The notes under the pieces are model-generated. The model made no database searches and had not been told where the DNA came from. It worked only from the letters and a program-made list of their open reading frames with translations. A stretch of 54,439 nt of DNA from a virus (lineage: Duplodnaviria; Caudoviricetes): positions 1 to 54,439 of IMG/VR virus record IMGVR_UViG_3300034073_002739; one strand, 5' to 3'. Below, one piece after another: positions 6,381 to 13,153 of this stretch. The translations under genes and the position numbers were made by a program. Each line of letters starts with the position of its first letter. Position 1 is the first letter of the stretch.

Positions 6381-6839
6381 ATGTCACAAACTATTAAAAA
6401 TTTGGAAGCAGCATTTGCTGGCGAGAGTCAGGCTTATGCTAAATATTTGTATTTTGGTCGTCTAGCAGATGAGCTGGGCCAATATAAAATTGCTGATCAC
6501 TTTTATCAAACCGCCGAACAAGAAATCAAACACGCCCATAGTCATCTTCAGCTCTTAATCGGCGAACCCGACATCCTAGAGTGCATTCAAATGGCCATTG
6601 ATGGTGAAACTTACGAATATACAGTAATGTATCCTGAAATGGAGCAACAAGCTATTCACGAAGGCAGAGAACTGGACGCTAAAGAAGCACACGAACAAGC
6701 ACGAGAGAGTAAGATTCATGCTGATGAATTTAGAGAACTACTTGAAATGGCAACAAAACGCTTTGGCGCACTGGCTCGAATTGAGCAAAAACATGCTGAA
6801 GGTTATCGTCGACTACAGGAGGCAGCAAATGAGGAGTGA
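6381..6839 (+). CDS. rbr: Rubrerythrin (ferritin-like di-iron domain)
   Basis: TIKNLEAAFAGESQA..KY...E..HA...AIDGETYEYTVMYP...E..H motifs. Confidence 0.92.
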   Translation: MSQTIKNLEAAFAGESQAYAKYLYFGRLADELGQYKIADHFYQTAEQEIKHAHSHLQLLIGEPDILECIQMAIDGETYEYTVMYPEMEQQAIHEGRELDAKEAHEQARESKIHADEFRELLEMATKRFGALARIEQKHAEGYRRLQEAANEE

Positions 6840-6963
6840 TATGGTTTGTGTAGTTTGTGGTCATGTTCATGACACTGATCTTGAAGGCGAATGGGGATTG
6901 CTTCCCGACGACTTTGAGTGTCCCGAGTGTGGCTGTGGTAAAGAAGATTACATGGCTATGTGA
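6829..6963 (+). CDS. Rubredoxin
   Basis: CVVCGH...LPDDFECPECG; AGGAGG RBS before ATG 6829. Confidence 0.88.
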   Translation: MRSDMVCVVCGHVHDTDLEGEWGLLPDDFECPECGCGKEDYMAM

Positions 6964-6970
6964 TCCCCTT

Positions 6971-7044
6971 CTCCTAGTGGTGTAATGGCAGCACGATAGT
7001 CTCCAAAACTATTAGTTGCGGTTCGAGTCCGTACTAGGAGGCCA
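6971..7044 (+). tRNA. tRNA-Trp(CCA)
   Basis: CTCCTAG/CTAGGAG, CT-CCA-AA loop, GCCA. Confidence 0.95.
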
Positions 7045-7058
7045 CGAAAAATTTTGTC

Positions 7059-7087
7059 TTGACCCTAAACCTCAGCGATGCTATAAT
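7059..7087 (+). promoter_or_regulatory. Sigma70-type promoter
   Basis: TTGACC-17-TATAAT, extended -10 TG, upstream A/T tract. Confidence 0.8.
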
Positions 7088-7117
7088 ATTGTTTCTGTGA
7101 TTGATTTAGGAAACCAA

Positions 7118-7342
7118 ATGAACCACTGTACAGCCTTGCAGCAAGTTACTACTCCCTTGTTCTTGATTCCTGCCTATGGTCGCCGCTATCGCTCACGCGA
7201 AGCAGCCTTGCAAGACTGGCTAAAAGGCAAAGACTTTCAGATTCTTGGAGGGCCGTACTGTTCAATTCGTGACGTAAATCAAATGCGACAAGAATATGCT
7301 CGTATGTACATTCAGTACGAGTTTGGCACTGTTGAGGTTTAA
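7118..7342 (+). CDS. Hypothetical protein
   Basis: AGGA RBS; LIPAYGRRY...DWLKGKDF; start 7118 rather than 7016 (inside tRNA). Confidence 0.75.
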   Translation: MNHCTALQQVTTPLFLIPAYGRRYRSREAALQDWLKGKDFQILGGPYCSIRDVNQMRQEYARMYIQYEFGTVEV

Positions 7343-7349
7343 CCCATTT

Positions 7350-7433
7350 GCGACTGTGGCGTAATAGGTAGCCGCAAGGGACTTAAAATCCCTCGCCTTG
7401 TGCGTGCCGGTTCGAGTCCGGCCAGTCGCACCA
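7350..7433 (+). tRNA. tRNA-Leu(TAA)
   Basis: GCGACTG/CAGTCGC, CT-TAA-AA loop, variable arm, ACCA. Confidence 0.95.
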
Positions 7434-7583
7434 TAACACTAGACCCGAAAGCGAAGCAGGCTTAGCTAGCCTGGCCTGACTATCGAGGCTAGACCTCTCC
7501 CACTACTGTTTAGCCACAGACCACTAGTAGGGATGCCCGCCACGATTGGCATTAAACGGATATGATAGTGTCTAGTACTATGG
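7431..7583 (+). ncRNA. CCATA...TATGG stem-closed RNA cassette F
   Basis: 7431-7444 pairs with 7570-7583 (12/14); internal CAGGCT/AGCCTG, GCCT/AGGC, CTACTG/TAGTAG, GCCA/TGGC; loop ACTATC complementary to GATAGT near 3' end. Confidence 0.6.
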
Positions 7584-7783
7584 AAACAACATATAAATAC
7601 CCACTTTACCCAACCCTTAACGCGTATTTGTTTAGTATGCTTGGGTCTCGAGAACTAGTAAATAAGTGGTACGAGTCACCTAATCGAGCATTTGATCTTA
7701 AACCGCCTATACAACTAATCGAATCAGGAGATGTTGGTAGAGCCCAAGTATACAAATATGTGTTAAATATTGCACACAGATAA
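7580..7783 (+). CDS. Stand-alone Xre/MbcA/ParS antitoxin C-terminal domain-like (DUF2384) protein
   Basis: MLGSRELVNKWYESPNRAFDLKPPIQLI...GRAQV matches W..PN.A....P..L....G...V pattern; start 7580 or 7562. Confidence 0.6.
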   Translation: METTYKYPLYPTLNAYLFSMLGSRELVNKWYESPNRAFDLKPPIQLIESGDVGRAQVYKYVLNIAHR

Positions 7784-7859
7784 TGTCTAGTAGCTCAGTA
7801 GGTAGAGCAGGTGACTGTTAATCACCCTGTCGCTGGTTCGATCCCAGCCTAGACAGCCA
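7784..7859 (+). tRNA. tRNA-Asn(GTT)
   Basis: TGTCTAG/CTAGACA, CT-GTT-AA loop, GCCA. Confidence 0.95.
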
Positions 7860-7861
7860 TG

Positions 7862-7936
7862 GCTGATATAACACAGAGGTAGTGTACTTTCTTGGTAAGA
7901 AAGAGGTCACAGGTTCGAATCCTGTTATCAGCACCA
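7862..7936 (+). tRNA. tRNA-Thr(GGT)
   Basis: GCTGATA/TATCAGC, TT-GGT-AA loop, ACCA. Confidence 0.95.
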
Positions 7937-7942
7937 TAAATC

Positions 7943-8410
7943 ATGAAAAAATTTGACTTAGAACAAATCAAACAATTTATTCAACAGCAAAAACCAAGTA
8001 CCAAAATCTACCTTGGAGTAGATTCAGAACGTGTTTGCTCTAACAATAAATGGTACGCAGACTATCACATAGCCATTGTAGCCCATATTGAGGGCAAGCA
8101 CGGATGTAAAGTATTTGGGCAAATTGTTCGTGAGCGTGATTACGATAAGCATAAAAATAAACCTACTATGCGTTTAATGCAAGAGGTTTATAAGGCCGGA
8201 GAACTATTCTTGGCACTAGAAGATGTGCTTAAAGACAGAGATGTAGAAATTCACCTAGATATAAATCCCAGTGAAAAGTACGCAAGTAATCATGTTGTTA
8301 GTCAAGCTCTTGGATACATAAAAAGTACTTGCAATCTTCAAGCCAGAATCAAACCACAAGCCTTTGCAGCTACCGGAGCTGCTAATCGACTAAAACACTT
8401 ACTCAAATGA
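7943..8410 (+). CDS. RNase H-like YkuK family protein
   Basis: IYLGVDS...RLMQEV...EIHLDIN...IKP.AFAA..AA motifs. Confidence 0.82.
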   Translation: MKKFDLEQIKQFIQQQKPSTKIYLGVDSERVCSNNKWYADYHIAIVAHIEGKHGCKVFGQIVRERDYDKHKNKPTMRLMQEVYKAGELFLALEDVLKDRDVEIHLDINPSEKYASNHVVSQALGYIKSTCNLQARIKPQAFAATGAANRLKHLLK

Positions 8411-8628
8411 ACAAAGATCGTTTTGACCTTGAACAAGAAATTCTAGACTGCTGGCACATTGTTGATGACCTAGATGTTGTTATTAACAGCGAACAGCTCA
8501 ATCTTAATGACGATATGCTTAATATCTTGATAGGACTTAAGCAACTATACCAACTTAAGTTTGAGCGCACGTTTCAAACATTTGAGCAGCTTGTTTCAAA
8601 ACGTGAACTAGATAAACACATTCTATAA
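8407..8628 (+). CDS. Hypothetical protein
   Basis: DRFDLEQEILDCW...; ATGA-type overlap with previous gene. Confidence 0.75.
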   Translation: MNKDRFDLEQEILDCWHIVDDLDVVINSEQLNLNDDMLNILIGLKQLYQLKFERTFQTFEQLVSKRELDKHIL

Positions 8629-8632
8629 TATA

Positions 8633-8706
8633 GCCCCGTTAGTTAAATGGCATAACACTTGACTTGTAATCATGAATTGTTAGTTCGATTCTAGCACGGG
8701 GCACCA
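8633..8706 (+). tRNA. tRNA-Thr(TGT)
   Basis: GCCCCGT/ACGGGGC, CT-TGT-AA loop, ACCA. Confidence 0.93.
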
Positions 8707-8717
8707 TAAGGACTTAT

Positions 8718-9113
8718 ATGGATACTCAAAAACAAGACTTAGTAGATACACTGGCTAAAGCTAGTGATGCTTGGAATGAGGCTATGGATGAGATTGAACA
8801 AGATAGTGAACAGTACTGGAATAGCTTGTCCAAAGAAGATCAACTAAAAGTGTTTTGTGCAGTATGCCGCCGCATCTATCAAGGTGATATTGTAGACAAA
8901 GGCACTTATCGCTATGTGCTCTATCAAGTATTTGGTTTTGGACCAGAAGCCTATGCCCCTGCACAACTAGCAGGGTATTTAGCCATTCATAATAGTATTT
9001 TTGACAACGAGCATGATTTTAAGCTACTAGCTGCATTTGCAAGTTTTCTAGGACAAACTACTGACGAAGTTGCTAAAAATGTCGACAGATTCTTACATAA
9101 ACAGTACCTATAA
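8718..9113 (+). CDS. Hypothetical protein
   Basis: 131 aa ORF, AAGGA RBS. Confidence 0.8.
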   Translation: MDTQKQDLVDTLAKASDAWNEAMDEIEQDSEQYWNSLSKEDQLKVFCAVCRRIYQGDIVDKGTYRYVLYQVFGFGPEAYAPAQLAGYLAIHNSIFDNEHDFKLLAAFASFLGQTTDEVAKNVDRFLHKQYL

Positions 9114-9285
9114 GCCCGTAGCTAGCCCTTGCGTTTTTGTTTGCCGTTTAAATAGTGAAAATTATTGCGTAGGTTGTTTTCGACACCTAGATGAAATCAG
9201 AGATTGGTCACAAATGAACATTCAAGAACAGCGACGTATTATGCAAGACTTGGAGACTAGAAGTGACAAAATCTTCGGACCCTAA
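9079..9285 (+). CDS. DUF1289 family Cys-rich protein
   Basis: SPCVFVCRL...CVGCFRHLDEIRDWSQM. Confidence 0.8.
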   Translation: MSTDSYINSTYKPVASPCVFVCRLNSENYCVGCFRHLDEIRDWSQMNIQEQRRIMQDLETRSDKIFGP

Positions 9286-9365
9286 ATCATTAGCTTGGTC
9301 AGATCGTTTTCCTGCACTTAACCTATTCAACTACAATAGATTTTGGCATTGGCTAAAGGAATTTA

Positions 9366-9494
9366 ATGGTGATAAAAAAGCTGGCTAGCTATTTCATACT
9401 AGGCTTAATCCTTTTCGGATTAAGCCTAGTTATCATTCCCATTATAGGCATTGTTGTAGGCATTGTCTGGGACTATATAAAAGTGCTCTTTTAA
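9366..9494 (+). CDS. Small hydrophobic membrane peptide (42 aa)
   Basis: AAGGA RBS; MVIKKLASYFILGLILFGLSLVIIPIIGIVVGIVWDYIKVLF. Confidence 0.55.
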   Translation: MVIKKLASYFILGLILFGLSLVIIPIIGIVVGIVWDYIKVLF

Positions 9495-9818
9495 GCCCTT
9501 TTATATAGTTGTATGAAGTTAACCAAAAAGTGTCTTGGACGCGGCTATCGTATGCCGCCACCTCCACCAAAAGCATACTTCTCTGACCACAAGATGACTG
9601 GCATACCGGGCCGGACTTGGCAGAGTATAATCAACCCCAAGTATGCTTTTGATGGGGGTGACAGGATTCGACAGGGCAAAGAGTAGGGCGATGGACAACT
9701 CGACACAGAGAGTCGTAAAAAACTAAACAAAATAAACGCAAACGATGAAACGTGGGCATTAGCCGCCTAAACTCGGCTTAGGGTTTCCCCAGTTTTCCTC
9801 GTAACAGAAAAACTGGGA
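9495..9818 (+). ncRNA. ssrA: Circularly permuted (two-piece) tmRNA; tag ANDETWALAA
   Basis: Acceptor piece ends GGAC-GCGGC/GCCGC-CACCTCC-ACCA (9569) upstream of coding piece starting GGGGGTGACAGGATTCGAC (9654); G3-U70; tag ORF 9738-9770; outer ends approximate. Confidence 0.9.
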
Positions 9819-9821
9819 CAC

Positions 9822-9872
9822 AATGGCCTTTTAAGGCATTTTAATTTAACTTTCTTGCTCTCATGAGGAGAA
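9822..9872 (+). promoter_or_regulatory. ROSE-like RNA thermometer
   Basis: TTCTTGCT pairs over AGGAGAA Shine-Dalgarno of the sHsp gene, preceded by GCCTT/AAGGC hairpin. Confidence 0.6.
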
Positions 9873-9877
9873 CACCG

Positions 9878-10318
9878 ATGACACTAAAAGATATTAATAA
9901 ATACTTTCTAGGCTTTGACGAGGCTCAGGCTCGTATCAACCAGCTACACAATCACATGGTTTCTAAAGCAAATGTAAACTATCCACCTTATAATGTTCGT
10001 AAGGCCGGAGAACACCAATACTTGCTAGAACTTGCTGTTGCTGGTTTCCATGAAGATGAAATTACTGTAGAAACAACAAAAGGTGAGCTTATTATCTCTG
10101 CCAAAAAATCAGAGAGTGAAAGCGATGCAAACTACAGTACTTGGATTCATCAAGGCATTGCCTACAGAGGTTTTACACGTACCTTTTATCTAGACAATCA
10201 CTATGAGGTTCTACAGGCTGAGCTTAAAGATGGCTTGCTAAAGGTTTACCTAGGACTTCACGAAGATAAAAAGCCTAAACGCATTCCGATTGGCAATAAA
10301 CAACATATTGAGCTTTAG
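9878..10318 (+). CDS. Small heat-shock protein (Hsp20, IbpA-like)
   Basis: NYPPYNV...LELAVAGF...IHQGIAYRGFTRTF...LKDGLL...KRIPI. Confidence 0.93.
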   Translation: MTLKDINKYFLGFDEAQARINQLHNHMVSKANVNYPPYNVRKAGEHQYLLELAVAGFHEDEITVETTKGELIISAKKSESESDANYSTWIHQGIAYRGFTRTFYLDNHYEVLQAELKDGLLKVYLGLHEDKKPKRIPIGNKQHIEL

Positions 10319-10406
10319 AAGCGTGGTCGAGTGGTTTAAGGCACCTGTCTTGAAAACAGACGATCCTTTACGGGGTCCGTGAGTTCGAATCTCACCGCTT
10401 CTGCCA
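10317..10406 (+). tRNA. tRNA-Ser(TGA)
   Basis: AGAAGCG/CGCTTCT, CT-TGA-AA loop, long variable arm, GCCA. Confidence 0.95.
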
Positions 10407-10408
10407 AC

Positions 10409-10441
10409 AAAATCAGCAGCCCAAATAGGCTGCTGATTTTT
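10409..10441 (+). terminator. Intrinsic terminator
   Basis: AAAATCAGCAGCC/GGCTGCTGATTTT hairpin with T tract. Confidence 0.75.
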
Positions 10442-10577
10442 ACACTGCGCCAAACCAACATGACAAAAATTGCACCTAGTGGTTACTTGATGATTTTCTT
10501 TCCAAAACAATTTATCAAGTGGTCTATGGACGAACACGGATTCTGGGCTATAGACCTTATAACCTTAGATTAAACTA

Positions 10578-10654
10578 GCGGATATAGTGTTTAATGGTTA
10601 GCACGTAAGTCTTCCAAACTCAAAGTATCAGTTCGAATCTGATTATCCGCTCCA
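10578..10654 (+). tRNA. tRNA-Gly(TCC)
   Basis: GCGGATA/TATCCGC, CT-TCC-AA loop, U73 + CCA. Confidence 0.95.
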
Positions 10655-11223
10655 TGAAAAAAATTATACTCTCCTTATTTGACTATAGCGGCAATTGGCC
10701 TAAATATTATCGTGATAGTGGCAACTATGATGTATATCAAGTAGATATTAAACTTGGTTTAGATATACTTAGTATAGATCCTAGTGAATTACCACAACCC
10801 ATACATGGCATCTTAGCCGCTCCACCATGTACTGACTTTGCTAGCAGCGGAGCACAATACTGGCAGCAAAAAGACTTGGATGGGCGTACGGCGGCTAGCC
10901 TAGAGCTCGTAGATAAAACTCTAGAAATTATTGAGTATCACAAGCCCACATGGTGGGCGCTAGAAAATCCAGTAGGCAGACTATCAAAACTACGGCCCAA
11001 ACTAGGCAATCCTTGGTATTTTCAGCCACACTGGTTTGGTGATGCCTATACAAAGAAAACTGGATTGTGGGGCACATTTAACCGTGAACTACCTCAATCG
11101 CCAGTCGATCCCGATCCTAATTCGTGGATAATGAAATTAGGCGGTAAATCAGAACGAACAAAAGAATTGCGAAGCATGACTCCGCTTGGATTTGCTTTTG
11201 CATTTTACTTAGCCAATCCCTAG
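10654..11223 (+). CDS. Short C5-cytosine DNA methyltransferase
   Basis: LSLFDYSG (motif I), AAPPCTDF (IV), ALENPVG (VI), C-terminal RS.TP.GFA. Confidence 0.85.
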   Translation: MKKIILSLFDYSGNWPKYYRDSGNYDVYQVDIKLGLDILSIDPSELPQPIHGILAAPPCTDFASSGAQYWQQKDLDGRTAASLELVDKTLEIIEYHKPTWWALENPVGRLSKLRPKLGNPWYFQPHWFGDAYTKKTGLWGTFNRELPQSPVDPDPNSWIMKLGGKSERTKELRSMTPLGFAFAFYLANP

Positions 11224-11296
11224 TACCTTAGCTCAGTGGTAGAGCATTGCCTTTACACGGCAAGGGTCGTGGGTTCGAAACCCTCAGGTACTACCA
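11222..11296 (+). tRNA. tRNA-Val(TAC)
   Basis: AGTACCT/AGGTACT, TT-TAC-AC loop, ACCA. Confidence 0.95.
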
Positions 11297-11302
11297 AATA
11301 GT

Positions 11303-11590
11303 ATGCAACCAAAAGATACAGTACAAACTATCCATTTTAAAGGCTATACTAATAACAAGTGTGAATTCTTTCCGTGCCATACCGGTGTTAAAAAAGAATT
11401 TAATTGCTTGTTTTGTTACTGCCCCTTAGTATTCTTAAAATGCCCTGGCCCCTATAAAGTATTCCAAGATAAAAATGGTATAACTCGTAAAGATTGTTCA
11501 GACTGTATACTACCACATAACGGTATAGAACAATCGTGGCGATTTATTCAACAGTGGCTAGAAAAGCCAGAGCCTTGGGATTTAACTTAA
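11303..11590 (+). CDS. Cysteine-rich small domain (zf-like) protein
   Basis: CEFFPCH...FNCLFCYCPL...KDCSDCILPH. Confidence 0.82.
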   Translation: MQPKDTVQTIHFKGYTNNKCEFFPCHTGVKKEFNCLFCYCPLVFLKCPGPYKVFQDKNGITRKDCSDCILPHNGIEQSWRFIQQWLEKPEPWDLT

Positions 11591-11608
11591 AGATTAAAAA
11601 ATATTAAC

Positions 11609-11637
11609 TTGAATTGGCTTGGTATCTGTGATATAAT
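11609..11637 (+). promoter_or_regulatory. Sigma70-type promoter
   Basis: TTGAAT-17-TATAAT with TG extension. Confidence 0.75.
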
Positions 11638-11683
11638 ATTATTTTATTGCAGATACCAAGCCTTTTCTATTTTAGGCATAAAA

Positions 11684-12238
11684 ATGAATATCTTTTTTTG
11701 TTCAGACCATCATCTCTATCATCAAAACATTCTTAAGTTTACCAGAGATGATAACACTCCGCTCAGAGTATTTCGTGATCTAGAGCATATGCACGAGCAT
11801 ATTATTGAGCAACACAATCGAGTAGTTATGCCTAAAGATAAAGTATATTTTTTAGGCGATGTTACCATGAGTCGTAATCTTAAAGGCTTAGATATTCTCA
11901 ACAGATTTAACGGCACAAAAATTTTAGTCAGAGGCAATCACGACGAATGTAAGCTATCACAGTATGCAGAATTTTTTGAAGATGTTCGAGGGGTTACTCA
12001 CAGATACGGCTTTGTAATGACTCATGTGCCTATTCATCCCGATAGCCTAGAGCGTTGGGGATTTAACTTACATGGGCATTTACACTACAGGCGAGTTTTA
12101 TTACCAAACGGACACCCAGACCCCAGATATATAAATGTAAGCATGGAGTGTTTAAACGACTATACTCCTATAAGTCTAGATGAAATTAATAAAAGGATTA
12201 AAGATGCAGAACAATGCTTGGCAGTGGCCAAAGAGTGA
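11684..12238 (+). CDS. Calcineurin-like metallophosphoesterase
   Basis: SDHH, LGD, GNHD, TH.P, HGHLH motifs. Confidence 0.9.
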   Translation: MNIFFCSDHHLYHQNILKFTRDDNTPLRVFRDLEHMHEHIIEQHNRVVMPKDKVYFLGDVTMSRNLKGLDILNRFNGTKILVRGNHDECKLSQYAEFFEDVRGVTHRYGFVMTHVPIHPDSLERWGFNLHGHLHYRRVLLPNGHPDPRYINVSMECLNDYTPISLDEINKRIKDAEQCLAVAKE

Positions 12239-12392
12239 GTATACCCTGACTAATACTAGTACTGAAAACACAGCGCAAGTGCCAACCACAAAACAAACCA
12301 TTATTACATTAAAAGATCCAAGCTGGATTATTGCTGTATTTATTGGTTTGTTACTATTTATTCCACTTATTTATGCTGCATTTTACTTATAA
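12204..12392 (+). CDS. Small membrane protein
   Basis: AAGGA RBS; C-terminal TM helix. Confidence 0.6.
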   Translation: MQNNAWQWPKSEYTLTNTSTENTAQVPTTKQTIITLKDPSWIIAVFIGLLLFIPLIYAAFYL

Positions 12393-12394
12393 AT

Positions 12395-12589
12395 ATGATT
12401 ACAGTAGATAATACTAATATTCTTCCATGCCCATTTTGTGGTAATGACCATATAGCTCATATTATAGTGCCACAATATGACAAGCCCGGATTTCCGCCCG
12501 ATAGTTGGATTGTATGTAATAGCTGCGGCGTAGAAGTTCGTGCAAATAATACTACTAGTGCTTTAGATTTGTGGAATAAAAGACCCTAA
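12395..12589 (+). CDS. Lar-family restriction alleviation Zn-ribbon protein
   Basis: LPCPFCG...CNSCG...A..LWNKR. Confidence 0.75.
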   Translation: MITVDNTNILPCPFCGNDHIAHIIVPQYDKPGFPPDSWIVCNSCGVEVRANNTTSALDLWNKRP

Positions 12590-12597
12590 AGTATAGC

Positions 12598-12675
12598 GGG
12601 CCTCTAGCTCACGGTGGTTAGAGCATTCGACTCATAATCGACAGGTACTGGGTTCGACTCCCAGGGGGCCCACCA
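12598..12675 (+). tRNA. tRNA-Ile2(CAT, lysidine type) or elongator Met
   Basis: GGGCCTC/GGGGCCC acceptor and CGACTCATAATCG anticodon arm resemble ileX-type tRNAs. Confidence 0.88.
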
Positions 12676-12695
12676 ATTTTTTACAAGGATAATCC

Positions 12696-12953
12696 TTGAG
12701 TATTTTAACACAACCAAATAAAACTATAATGACGCTAATTCAGCTAGCACAAGACTGTGAAACCGAAGACCCCATTGACTGGGGAATGCTAGCTGTTGAT
12801 GAAAACAAAAGCTATGAGCTAATTGCTCTTGGAATCGTCGAACACTTTGGCTACCCACAAACAGAACGAGAGCTGTTAATGATGGCTAGTCTAGTAAAAA
12901 CTACAGTAGAAAATTTTACCCTAAATCTCAAACTGCTTGGAGACCCTAGATGA
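12696..12953 (+). CDS. Hypothetical protein
   Basis: ORF, AAGGA RBS before TTG. Confidence 0.7.
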   Translation: MSILTQPNKTIMTLIQLAQDCETEDPIDWGMLAVDENKSYELIALGIVEHFGYPQTERELLMMASLVKTTVENFTLNLKLLGDPR

Positions 12954-13144
12954 ATAAGTATGTGGTTGCGTGCTGCTTACACTCAGATCATGACCTAGAT
13001 CAACAAATTATAAAGGCTAAAACAGAATTTGACGCAGTTGTTGATTATTTGGGCACTAAACCTCCAGGCATACGAACCCTAGACGAACTCCTAGAGTGGG
13101 CCGAAGATCAAGATATGCTTATTAATCTAATTGAACTTAACTAA
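12950..13144 (+). CDS. Hypothetical protein
   Basis: ATGA overlap, GGAG RBS. Confidence 0.7.
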   Translation: MNKYVVACCLHSDHDLDQQIIKAKTEFDAVVDYLGTKPPGIRTLDELLEWAEDQDMLINLIELN

Positions 13145-13153
13145 GGAATAAAA

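Noticed and set aside
81-7583. Cassettes as retron msr-msd RNAs or MITEs
   Set aside because: No reverse transcriptase or transposase in the window, no long msd hairpin, no shared TIR or target duplication; G-U pairs argue against DNA-level repeats
84-7583. Theta (HDV-like) ribozymes at tRNA 3' ends
   Set aside because: Could not build the nested double pseudoknot by eye and most trailers start with T, not G; a motif search is still worthwhile
4718-11429. ORF-track starts at 4718, 7016, 10379, 11247 and minus ORFs 9545..9730, 10250..10537
   Set aside because: They begin in or run antisense to tRNA/tmRNA genes; better starts with RBS exist downstream or the ORFs are shadows
1-12675. Stop-codon recoding or suppressor tRNAs
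   Set aside because: No CTA, TTA or TCA anticodon found; conserved genes translate fully in code 11
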